64,000 bases of DNA from an uncultured cyanobacterium (GCA_963793425.1 CAWCAG010000001.1:192001-256000), one strand, 5' to 3'. Positions 29,170 to 38,751 are shown, counted from the first letter of the stretch. Notes: a model not told the origin generated them from the sequence alone. Numbers and translations: made by a program.

Positions 29170-30867
29170 ATGTTCTTAGCTCAAATTCCTCCGCATATTC
29201 CTCCCCAGGATGTTATTCCACCTCTACAACAACCTTCTCCTGTTCCTGAACAACCAGAAACACCCCCTGCACCAGAGGAAGTGCTTCCCGATCCCACTAT
29301 GCCAATTCCTCCAGAAATATTGCTGGATAGCAAGGAAACGATTACGGTTACTGAGTTTGAGTTTGTTGATAATACAATCTTCTCTTCGGAACAGTTAGCT
29401 AAGGAAATCACCGATAAGTATCTCAATCAAACTCTGTCTCTGCAACAACTCCTTAACATTGCTGCTGAAGTTGCCCAGTTTTACGCTGCGGCTGGTTATA
29501 GTACTTCTGGGGCAGTGATTTCTTTACCAGAAGTTACTCGTCAAGAGGGTAAGGGAGTGGTGAGAATTATTGTCATTGAAAGCAAGTTAGAAGCAATTAA
29601 TCTGGTTCCGGTGGGGAAGCAACGCCTTAACCCTAATTACGTGCGATCGCGCCTAGAAGTGGAACCAGGAGACATTCTCAATGTCAGCAAATTACAAGAG
29701 CAACTGCAACTGCTACAACTCAATCCTTTAATTACCAGGGTTGCAGCCCAATTGAGTGAAGGTTCACAACCTGGTTTGAATCAGTTGGAACTTCAGGTGG
29801 TAGAAGCACCTTCTTTTAATTTGCCTTTAAGTATTAATAACGGACGTTCCCCCAGTGTAGGCAGTTTCCAGCGCCAGGTTACGGCGAGGGAAGGAAACTT
29901 ACTGGGGTTGGGAGATGCCCTTAGTGTTGGTTATGGCAATAGCGATGGTAGCAATGTCTGGAGTTTTGGTTATACTCTGCCGGTGAATTCTGGCAACGGT
30001 ACACTGGGCTTTAACTACAGCTACACAACCAGCGATGTAATTGAACCACCTTTTGAAGCGGTTAACATTGAGTCTGAGTCTCAAAACCATGAACTGACAT
30101 TCCGGCAACCTGTGGTGCAAAGCATTCGTCAACAGACCTTTCAGGAATTAGCTTTAGGGGTGACAGCTTCCTGGCGCGATAGTCAAACCTTTTTATTTGG
30201 TTTTCCTTTTCCTCTTTCTCCGGGGGCAGATGACGATGGTAAAACTAATGTTTTTGCTTTGCGGTTGTTCCAGGAGTGGACGCAACAGGATGCCCGTCAA
30301 GTGCTAGCTTTTCGCTCGGAGTTTAGTTTTGGTTTAGATGCTTTTAATTCTACTGTGAACGAGACTCCAGCAGGCTCAGAAGTAGTTCCTGATAGTCGTT
30401 TCTTTTCCTGGCGAGGACAGGGACAGTGGATTAGGTTGTTGGGGGAGGATACTTTGTTTCTGGTACGGGGTAACCTACAAATGGCAAACAAAACTTTACT
30501 CTCCGCAGAAGAGTTTGCTTTAGGGGGTTTTGGTAGTGTGCGGGGTTATCGGCAGAATGTACTTTCTACAGACAACGGCTTTTTTGCCTCTGCTGAACTC
30601 CAGTTACCGATTCTCAAAGTTCCAGAAGAAGGGGTTTTGCAAATTATTCCCTTCTTAGATTATGGCGTAGGCTGGAACAGTTCGGATGTTGCCAACCCAG
30701 ATCCACAAACTTTGATTGGTACTGGTTTGGGTTTACAATGGCAGGATAGAGCCGGGATTTTTAGCGCTCGTTTTGATTGGGGCATTCCTTTAGTTGATGT
30801 GGATAATAGGGAGAGAACGTGGCAGGAGAATGGGCTTTATTTTTCGGTGCAATGGAGGGGTTTTTAA
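29170..30867 (+). CDS. ShlB/FhaC/HecB family two-partner secretion (TpsB) outer-membrane transporter
   Basis: Pro-rich N-terminus, POTRA-like NTIFSSEQL, SVRGYRQ motif, C-terminal aromatic residue. Confidence 0.92.
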   Translation: MFLAQIPPHIPPQDVIPPLQQPSPVPEQPETPPAPEEVLPDPTMPIPPEILLDSKETITVTEFEFVDNTIFSSEQLAKEITDKYLNQTLSLQQLLNIAAEVAQFYAAAGYSTSGAVISLPEVTRQEGKGVVRIIVIESKLEAINLVPVGKQRLNPNYVRSRLEVEPGDILNVSKLQEQLQLLQLNPLITRVAAQLSEGSQPGLNQLELQVVEAPSFNLPLSINNGRSPSVGSFQRQVTAREGNLLGLGDALSVGYGNSDGSNVWSFGYTLPVNSGNGTLGFNYSYTTSDVIEPPFEAVNIESESQNHELTFRQPVVQSIRQQTFQELALGVTASWRDSQTFLFGFPFPLSPGADDDGKTNVFALRLFQEWTQQDARQVLAFRSEFSFGLDAFNSTVNETPAGSEVVPDSRFFSWRGQGQWIRLLGEDTLFLVRGNLQMANKTLLSAEEFALGGFGSVRGYRQNVLSTDNGFFASAELQLPILKVPEEGVLQIIPFLDYGVGWNSSDVANPDPQTLIGTGLGLQWQDRAGIFSARFDWGIPLVDVDNRERTWQENGLYFSVQWRGF

Positions 30868-30930
30868 GTAAGAAGTAATGTAACGATACCAACTCGAACC
30901 ATGTTTGATTTCCACTAAACGCATTACCCA

Positions 30931-31902
30931 TTACCCATCACTTTCCCAGCTAGAAAAATTACGTTTTACCCAATCCATTCCCACCTCATTATTCAACTTA
31001 ATTTTTTGTGGTGCATCGGCATAAATCTTGCTTAAAATGTCTGCATCTTGTTCCACAACAATCTTACTCAAACCAAGAAATTGATTATTCAATAGCTTAG
31101 CTAAGGGATTAGTTGCTTCCCCAAACAATAATATATACGTTCTGGTTTTATTTCTTGATTCTGGAACAAAAAGATGACATTGGACAAGTTTCCCAAGGGG
31201 GCTAGCACCATGAAAAATAACTAGGGAAGGAAAATAGTTTTCTAAATGAGCTTTAATAACATCGGGAAGTAAAAATTGGTTCGGTTGTTTAAGCTTTTGC
31301 CAGAAAGTTTTGGGTACAGTAGGAGTATTAAAAAAAGCCTCGGAATGATAGCCGTTGTTAATGAATTTCTCAAACTGAACTTCGGTAATTTCAAATAACT
31401 CTCGATGCGTACCATTTTGATGGTTATAATCGTGCATCACTAATAGCATTGATAACAAGTCTGTTTCCACACTTGTATCTGCTGTGTAGCCAATAAATTC
31501 GTATTTTTGGGCAACTTCTTCTAAAATATTAGGAATGGGAATTTTAGGTTCGTAACTACCATAAGACCAAATAAAATCGTCTTTAATGATTAGTTCTAAA
31601 GGCTTGATTTGAGGTAAAGTTTGCTGATCTGTTCCTGGTAAAATAGTGCAGCCCCTCCCATCAAATTCTAGGGCATGAAACGGACAAACAACCTTACTCG
31701 CACCATCTTTTTGAGCTTCGCACCATCCCGTCGATAGCATTGCCCCCATGTGAGGGCAGATATTCGGTAAGGCATTAACCTTGTCTCTTTTATCTTTCCA
31801 AATAACATAATCTTCGCCATAAAGAGAAATCTTCTCTGGTTTATTTGTTTGTAGCATTGACTTGTGCGCCAATAGCCAAGGCGCACCTTCTAACATAGAC
31901 AT
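30931..31902 (-). CDS. Rieske [2Fe-2S] oxygenase family protein
   Basis: CPHMGA...CPFH Rieske motif; DYNHQNGTH mononuclear Fe site; VVEQD. Confidence 0.88.
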   Translation of the reverse strand: MSMLEGAPWLLAHKSMLQTNKPEKISLYGEDYVIWKDKRDKVNALPNICPHMGAMLSTGWCEAQKDGASKVVCPFHALEFDGRGCTILPGTDQQTLPQIKPLELIIKDDFIWSYGSYEPKIPIPNILEEVAQKYEFIGYTADTSVETDLLSMLLVMHDYNHQNGTHRELFEITEVQFEKFINNGYHSEAFFNTPTVPKTFWQKLKQPNQFLLPDVIKAHLENYFPSLVIFHGASPLGKLVQCHLFVPESRNKTRTYILLFGEATNPLAKLLNNQFLGLSKIVVEQDADILSKIYADAPQKIKLNNEVGMDWVKRNFSSWESDG

Positions 31903-32067
31903 CTAAAGTTTCCTCAATTGAAAGTTTTGGACAAGTGAATCTCTGGCGACAAGTACAATGGGTTAGATGTCGCAAGTAGAATACTGCTGTAATTAATCCC
32001 TAGATATAAATAGATAAAAAGCTTTTGTCCTTTTTAAATATATGACTTATTGTTCGCATTTGTCAAG

Positions 32068-32967
32068 ATGAAACCCAATCCCTATTCACTCCGTCGTCAA
32101 CCCCAGCAAAAACGTAGTCAAGAGCGTGTTGAAAGGATCTTAGATGCAGCAGCAATCGTATTTGATGAAGTTGGTTTTGAAGCGGCTACTACCCATGGAA
32201 TCGCAGCCCGTGCCGATACAGCAGTAGGCTCCCTGTATCAATTCTTCCCTGATAAATTAGCCATTTTCAATGCTTTAGAGTTACGCCATGTTGATCGCGT
32301 CTACATTATTTGGGAGAAACTGTTTCGTCCGGAAATCGGGCAATTACCGTTTCCTGATTTTATTCACACGGTAATAACCCAATTTCAAAAGCTATTTGAG
32401 CAACCTACTTCACGCATTATTTTTATTCAGTTTTATACTTCCCCAACACTTTTTAAAAATATTGATAATAGCTTTACTCAAGAGGCTATTCAGTTGATGG
32501 CGAAGCTACTACAAACCCGTAACCCAAATTTAACAGATGAGCGTAGTCAGCTATTAGGAGAAATATGCGTTCATGGTGTAAACACTCTGATTTTACTGGC
32601 ACTGCGTAGTAATACAAACCATTCTCAAGAGATTTTCAATGAGATTGAAGCTTTACTTAAAGCATATTTGCAAGCAGATATTGGTGATGAGGTTATTAAT
32701 GATGATTCAATTAAGCCGCTGGAGAAACTAGTAAGATTATATAAACTTAACTCTCGTCAAAGCTTAATCTTAAAATATGCTACTCAATGCCAAGAAATAA
32801 CCATCAAAAACTGTGAAGCGATGTTTCCCGATGTTTCTCGGCGTACTCTGCAAAGAGATTTGAAAGGGATGCTTGAGCAAAAATTACTTCTTCCTCAAGG
32901 TAGTACTGATCAACGTTGTTATTGTCTCAACTCCAAACTTGCGACAACTTACGACGAAAGAAATTAA
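32068..32967 (+). CDS. TetR family regulator with extra C-terminal DeoR-like HTH
   Basis: RRQPQQKRSQER, GSLYQFFPDK; C-terminal LNSRQ...SRRTLQRDLKGM. Confidence 0.85.
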   Translation: MKPNPYSLRRQPQQKRSQERVERILDAAAIVFDEVGFEAATTHGIAARADTAVGSLYQFFPDKLAIFNALELRHVDRVYIIWEKLFRPEIGQLPFPDFIHTVITQFQKLFEQPTSRIIFIQFYTSPTLFKNIDNSFTQEAIQLMAKLLQTRNPNLTDERSQLLGEICVHGVNTLILLALRSNTNHSQEIFNEIEALLKAYLQADIGDEVINDDSIKPLEKLVRLYKLNSRQSLILKYATQCQEITIKNCEAMFPDVSRRTLQRDLKGMLEQKLLLPQGSTDQRCYCLNSKLATTYDERN

Positions 32968-32993
32968 GCTTCAAAGCTGGGGGCATAGAAAAT

Positions 32994-33017
32994 ATATAAG
33001 CAAGCGCTTGCTTATAT
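32994..33017. promoter_or_regulatory. Perfect 24-bp palindrome, probable TetR operator
   Basis: ATATAAGCAAGC|GCTTGCTTATAT upstream of 33063. Confidence 0.7.
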
Positions 33018-33062
33018 TGCTATGATGTTGAACATAGTTTCATCAAACAAACCGTATTAGCC

Positions 33063-33515
33063 ATGCCTCAGCATTTAGACATAAATTCCAACATTACTCT
33101 AGGGCAAGCAATCCAAGAATTGCGCCTTGTAGAAGAGAAGAAAAGCGATATTTCCCTGAAAATGTCCCATGAAATATCACAGATATTTGAACAACACGAT
33201 GCAGTACATCTATTATTTGCTTGCCGCACCACAACAGTCGAAGATGAAATTGCAGCGCATATATGGATGCTTTTTGGTACAACTGCAAAGCTGAGTGAAA
33301 TGCAACAAGTTGTTGCTAATCAAGAACATGGTAATGTTCTTTCAGGAATCGGCCACTTAAAATTGCTGAGTATTTGGTTAAGCTGTTTTCCGCGTATTCT
33401 CAGCATTTTGCTCAAATGTTCACAGATGAAAAAAAGGTTAGCCTTAAAGGAGATTGAAAAACTTAAAAAGCAACCAATTAAGGAAATTCGTCATCAACAT
33501 GGCATTGTGATTTAA
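33063..33515 (+). CDS. Hypothetical protein (Coq4-like HDxxH motif)
   Basis: FEQHDAVHLLF...EDE; IRHQHGI. Confidence 0.6.
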   Translation: MPQHLDINSNITLGQAIQELRLVEEKKSDISLKMSHEISQIFEQHDAVHLLFACRTTTVEDEIAAHIWMLFGTTAKLSEMQQVVANQEHGNVLSGIGHLKLLSIWLSCFPRILSILLKCSQMKKRLALKEIEKLKKQPIKEIRHQHGIVI

Positions 33516-33627
33516 TTATTAAGCAATAGTTTATCGGTAATAAGCACAGCAAAAGTCCATCAAAGCTATATGTATGAAACAATTGAGTTAGCAACTAGCA
33601 ATTAGAGCTTCCTTAACTATAATTCCG

Positions 33628-34203
33628 ATGCCCCGTAACAAAACCATAACTGATGAGGAAATTCTAACCGTAGCCCGTCAACTCTTTCTCGAAAAAGGTA
33701 TTAACACTTCTACACGAGATATTGCGAAAGGGGCTGGTATTTCTGAAGCTGTTATTTATCAACGTTTTGGTACAAAGGAAGATTTCTTTTTCACAGCTAT
33801 GAAATTACCCCAGGCTCAACTTGATGCGATATTCTCGATTAGAGTCGGAGAAGCAACAGTAATTGAAAACCTTGAGTATATGAGTTTGAGGATTATTGAT
33901 TACTTCCGTGAGGTAATGCCAGTTTTTTTGACACTTATCAGCCATCCATCATTCAACATGGAAACTTTCTTGGAAAAACATAGTGTACCAGCTATGGAAC
34001 TTAAGGAGAGACTATCAGATTATCTCCTTGAGGAATCAAAATTAGGGCGAGTTGGGCAGAATAATCTTGTTGTTGCTGGTGATGTTTTGCTGGCTAACTT
34101 ACATAATATTGCCTTGTATGAGACGATTGGTACACCGAAAACCAAAGTTGACAGCTATGTCAAGGAGACAATCTTTTTGTTATGGCAGGGATTGTCCCCA
34201 TAA
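33628..34203 (+). CDS. TetR/AcrR family regulator
   Basis: STRDIAKGAGISEAVIYQRFGTKED. Confidence 0.9.
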   Translation: MPRNKTITDEEILTVARQLFLEKGINTSTRDIAKGAGISEAVIYQRFGTKEDFFFTAMKLPQAQLDAIFSIRVGEATVIENLEYMSLRIIDYFREVMPVFLTLISHPSFNMETFLEKHSVPAMELKERLSDYLLEESKLGRVGQNNLVVAGDVLLANLHNIALYETIGTPKTKVDSYVKETIFLLWQGLSP

Positions 34204-34241
34204 AACACTAAAGAGGAAACTTGCTTTAAATAAGAATTATT

Positions 34242-34298
34242 GTAGGGTGGGCAAAGTGAGCGAAATTAGCCTCAAATATATATCTGCCTTTGCCCACC
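34242..34298. repeat. REP-like inverted repeat
   Basis: GTAGGGTGGGCAAAG...CTTTGCCCACC. Confidence 0.75.
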
Positions 34299-34385
34299 GC
34301 AATTAATTAGGCAACTCCTGGGAAAATAGTGGGCAAGGGCCACAAAACAAGCTTAATCAGCAAAATGGTAAAGAGGAGACTTGCT

Positions 34386-35246
34386 TTGAATAAGTTTTTA
34401 CTGAGTATCAGCGCTTTTTTAGCCATCGCCTATGTAGGAATTTGTGTTAGTTTGCTGTTTTGGCAGAATCATCTTATTTTTTTTCCTGCCCAAACCATCT
34501 CTTTCACTCCTAAAAGTTTGGGGATGGTTTATGAGGATATTTGGTTAGAAGTTGGTGAAGGGGAAAGTCTTCATGGCTGGTGGCTTCCTGCTAATTCTGA
34601 AACTAAAGGAGTTTTGCTTTATCTTCATGGTAATGGTGGTAACGTCAGCGATAATTTAGAACACGCTAGGCGTTTTCAACAAATGGGTTTTTCTGTATTC
34701 ATCTTTGATTATCGCGGTTATGGTTACAGCGAAGGAGATTTCCCCACGGAAGCACAGGTTTATAAAGATGCAGGAATCGCCTGGGATTATTTAGTCAAAA
34801 CCAGACAAATTGAACCCCAAAATATCTTTCTCTATGGTCATTCTTTAGGAGGGGCGATCGCCATTGATTTAGCAGTTAAACAGCCGGAAATAGCAGGTTT
34901 GATTGTTCAAGGCTCTTTCACCTCTATGAAAGATATGTCAGTGGTTAGGAAAGAATACCGCCTCTTCCCAAATTTCTTAGTACATCAAGAATTCGACTCT
35001 ATGAGTAAAATTGAGAATTTAAAAATGCCTGTATTAGTTATTCATGGCACTAGCGATGGAACTGTTCCCCATACCATGAGCGAAGAGTTGTATGAAGCAC
35101 TTTTAGTTCCCAAACAACTTTACCTTGTTCCTAACGCTGGGCATAATGACCTTGCTACGGTAGCTGGGCCACAATATCAGCAGAAGATTAAAGAGTTTGT
35201 TGAATTAATTGTTAGCCCCAGAAGTGAGCAAGATTATATTTTTTAG
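34386..35246 (+). CDS. Alpha/beta hydrolase (ABHD/BEM46-like)
   Basis: LYLHGNGGN, GHSLGG nucleophile, HGTSD, GHND; TTG 34386 follows AGGAGA. Confidence 0.88.
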   Translation: MNKFLLSISAFLAIAYVGICVSLLFWQNHLIFFPAQTISFTPKSLGMVYEDIWLEVGEGESLHGWWLPANSETKGVLLYLHGNGGNVSDNLEHARRFQQMGFSVFIFDYRGYGYSEGDFPTEAQVYKDAGIAWDYLVKTRQIEPQNIFLYGHSLGGAIAIDLAVKQPEIAGLIVQGSFTSMKDMSVVRKEYRLFPNFLVHQEFDSMSKIENLKMPVLVIHGTSDGTVPHTMSEELYEALLVPKQLYLVPNAGHNDLATVAGPQYQQKIKEFVELIVSPRSEQDYIF

Positions 35247-35269
35247 CTATTTACGCAATGTGCAACTAA

Positions 35270-36831
35270 TTAAGTTTGCTCTTTTATTGACGAACTAAAT
35301 ACTGCAATTATATTCTTATAAAGTTCAGCAAAGCTATTCTGGTAACTATTTTCTATTAGTTTTTCTTGCTTTTCACCAGTAGCTAAATCTAATAAATAAT
35401 AAGTTATTGACATCTTTTCAGGACATTTTAGTCCTTTTTCTTTGCACCACTTCTCTACAGCTTTAGGGCGATCTTGATCAGGAATATCTTCTAAAGATGT
35501 TAAAGAGTTTTCTGAATATTCCTCATTCCAATTCTTTATTTGTTCCTTAACGGCTTCTAAATATAAGTCTTTGCGAATATAATCTTCTAATACTGTTGCT
35601 TCGCCCCCATTTGGTAATTTAAAGATTCTTTTTTCTTCAATTCCAGATTCTTGTAACTGTTTTTTATACTTATCTCCCTCTTTGTCATTGTCTACCAAAA
35701 AAGCCACTTTAGAACCATGATTTTCTAGTAAACCAAAATCAGCTTTTGCTGTCATCGCTATCCCTGGTACAACTTGGAATCCTAAATGGTCTTTTTGAGT
35801 AGCTTGACGCAATAAAGTGGGTAACAATAGCATATCCGTTGCACCTTCAACAAAAACAGATTGCCGAATTGCCATAAATGCTAATTGATTTGCTCCCATA
35901 CCAAAAAGTAAAGGCAAAACCCCTGAACGTTTATCTGTTGACCAGAAAGGCTTTTTAATTGTGCTTCTTTCTTCTGTATCTTCTGACGGAGAAACCAACT
36001 TAACTCCTGTCCCTAAATCTTCAGGTAAGCAACCTACAGAATGAGTTGTATAGATGATTTTTGCAGCGAATTGTTGTTTTGTGAACATCTCAACAATATC
36101 TGCTTGAGCATCATAATGTAAATGCAACTCTGCTTCATCAATTAATAAAACGGGTTGTTTAGCACGCTTCACTTCCAAAAAGTTGATTAAAGCAACAAAT
36201 TGCCTTAATCCATCACTTCTTTTAGCAATATCAAAAAAATCCTTTTCTTTATTTTCAATCATAATTATTAAGACTTGTCCATTTACATCAAGAATTGGAT
36301 TAATTTTTGATTGTGACCATTTTCCTTTGTAAATTTCCTGAACTTTATTATTGCCTTTATCTATTATTGATTTAATTATATCAGGACTTTTAAATGCCTT
36401 ACTAATTTTGTCAATATCCAGTTCAGCTATTTCTAATAAGTTTCTGAGGGCTTTTTTTGGTTTCAGACTACTCAATTGCGCCAAATTAAAAGAAGATTCT
36501 AAATAGCGCTCTTCATCACTAAACAATAAGAATATAGGAATATTCTCTTTCAATATTTCTATAGCTTTTTGATTAGAATCTATATCTTGTTCATACTGTA
36601 GCAATTGATCAATGCTGCTTGCTACATTTTCTAGATGATCTTGCTTCGCTGAAATGTCGTCTTCACCTGTTGTCTGTGTTTTTGATATCGCTTCACTACA
36701 TTTCTTCAAATCCTTCTGAAGTGTGGAGTCTAAATTATCGTTTTGTTCTCCAGGTTTGTTTAACTGAGTAATCAATTCTTGACATTCTCAAAACGCTTAA
36801 ATCCGTTTAACTTGACCCAGTTTAAATCCAT
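35270..36831 (-). pseudogene. OLD-family ABC-ATPase/TOPRIM nuclease, internally deleted (no Walker A)
   Basis: RSDGLRQF signature, LLIDEAELHLH, YTTHS, VFVEGATD, DND; separate 19-aa N-terminal stub MDLNWVKLNGFKRFENVKN* at 36772-36831. Confidence 0.75.
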
Positions 36832-37111
36832 TATGATGTAATTGTTCCTTTTTGCTAATCAAGATAACGTTTAGTGGAGCAAAAAAAAGCTTGATGGGAA
36901 AAAGTCTTGTTTTATTTTTCCTTGACATGATACTATATACATAATGGGAAAGGTGTGCGCTTAGAAACTGTTTTTCAAACCACTTTTGCTCTTCAATGAT
37001 TCCGGGTTTGAGAAAAAAGCCTTAAACAATTTTCAGAGGCGATCGCTCTTTTGGTTTGCCAATGCTAAGTTTGCAACCATGCTTAAAGATGGAATCGCCA
37101 AAATTAAAATA

Positions 37112-37183
37112 AGCGGGTAATGGGACTCGAACCCACGACATTCACCTTGGGAAGGTGACGTTCTACCACTGAACTATACCCGC
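37112..37183 (-). tRNA. tRNA-Gly(CCC)
   Basis: Reverse complement GCGGGTATAGTTCAGTGGTAGAACGTCACCTTCCCAAGGTGAATGTCGTGGGTTCGAGTCCCATTACCCGCT; anticodon loop TTCCCAA. Confidence 0.95.
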
Positions 37184-37279
37184 ATTAAGCTTGCTACATT
37201 ATAGAACTGAATCTTACCAATGAGCATAAACTTGTAGCAAATTGTGACTAAGCAGATGTATACGCAAATTACACATCAT

Positions 37280-37786
37280 CTATCTCAAATGCAACAAATT
37301 CCTTCCTGTAGCCCTTAAGTATAAAAAGATGGGAAACTGATAATATTCAATAGTAATCCAGAGTATAAAACTTAAATGGGCGACAAAAGTTAACCCAGTC
37401 CAAAAAACAGGAAACCACCCTAAAGTACTTCCCGGCAGAGGAGGAAATAAATAAGCGCCTAAACCAATAATTGTCGTGGGAAGAATCAGAAAAATAAATC
37501 CAGCTATAACGTAGATCCAAGCTGCTTCTGTTTTCTGCTGCTGTAAGCTATTCCAGCTTTTACCATTCCAATGCCAACTTAAGGGTAGCTGTCGATCAGC
37601 AATTTTCATTAACTGCTTTTCAAAATCTACTGTAAAAATGTGGCTGCAAAAGTTACAAGCGAAAGCTTCCATTAAGGGCATACTAGAAACTTTACCGCGA
37701 TGACAAATGGGACAAGGATAAGTATCGTAGCTATTAAAAGAAGAATTAAAGTTGCTTTTAGACATGGTATGAGGATGGGTTAGCAA
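37280..37786 (-). CDS. Conserved cyanobacterial membrane protein with N-terminal zinc ribbon
   Basis: CPIC...CNFC plus two TM segments. Confidence 0.75.
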   Translation of the reverse strand: MLTHPHTMSKSNFNSSFNSYDTYPCPICHRGKVSSMPLMEAFACNFCSHIFTVDFEKQLMKIADRQLPLSWHWNGKSWNSLQQQKTEAAWIYVIAGFIFLILPTTIIGLGAYLFPPLPGSTLGWFPVFWTGLTFVAHLSFILWITIEYYQFPIFLYLRATGRNLLHLR

Positions 37787-37804
37787 GAAGTTGCTTGAGT
37801 ATTC

Positions 37805-37996
37805 TCAACTATTTGCTTCTGAAAAGGGGGCTGGAGTAACCTGTATAGTGTAATGTTTGTTTTCAAATATAAATTCACTGTAGTCAGCAATACTATCCAA
37901 TCCTAGGAAGTTAAGAAGCGCCTCAGCAAACAACCAAACAACTGATTTTACTAGTAGCTGTTTCCATAGTACATTCATTAATGTTAACCTTTCCAC
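37805..37996 (-). CDS. Small hypothetical protein
   Basis: WLFAEALLNFLGLDSIADYSEFIF, a motif typical of small cyanobacterial proteins. Confidence 0.65.
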   Translation of the reverse strand: MERLTLMNVLWKQLLVKSVVWLFAEALLNFLGLDSIADYSEFIFENKHYTIQVTPAPFSEANS

Positions 37997-38532
37997 GAAA
38001 GAGTAGGATATCGCAACTCAGAAAGCTACTCTCCTCAGTATCTAAGGTTGGTATTTGCGCTGGGGTTGCCTTCAAGTTTGATTTCTGTATAACTTTTCTC
38101 TTAATTAATTTTGAAACTGCCTAGTCATTTTTGTTGAAACAAAACAGTATTAAAATATACACACATCTAAAAACCTACCATTGTTAGCTTTTAGATGTTT
38201 TTTGCCTTGCTCTGGCTTATTTTAGTAACGGCTTGTAAACCAGAATAACGACTGCCTTCTGTAGTGACTAGGAATGTTGGGTTTCGGCTTACCTGTTTTT
38301 TGCTCGGTTGGCTTAAAGTGCTTTGGTTAAAAGCTTGTTTCGCAATTTCTTGGATTAAAATCATCGCTTTTATTAATTATTTTCTACAACTTAAGTATCA
38401 CTTTTTTTTACAGAAATCTAAGTGATTTCTCCCCTAAAAAGATTGTGAAAATAATCATCCTCAGAGGTGACAAAGCAAGCTAAGACTAAGTGATTTCAGT
38501 TACAACTTTATGATGATAAGTAAAAAATCGGG

Positions 38533-38751
38533 CTAAAGCTCATTCGTAACCCTGACTTTACCTTTCACAACTGCCCTTAATAACCTATTGATGGCTCTCC
38601 TCTCTTCTTCGTTAAGAAGTTCATCAAAAGCTGCAGCCATTAATCCATAACGGTCTGCTTTGGTTAGCCTTCCAGTTTCGCTACTAGAAGCCAAAATCTC
38701 TGAAATAGCACCAGGTAGCAGTTGAACAGGAGGTGTTTTGACTGAGTTCAT
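38533..38751 (-). CDS. Small hypothetical protein (ADRYGLMAA family)
   Basis: Paralog of 54230-54448. Confidence 0.8.
   Translation of the reverse strand: MNSVKTPPVQLLPGAISEILASSSETGRLTKADRYGLMAAAFDELLNEEERRAINRLLRAVVKGKVRVTNEL

Noticed and set aside
30892..30900. att duplication of the tRNA-Gly 3' end (ACTCGAACC)
   Set aside because: Only 9 bp match and no integrase; compatible with chance.
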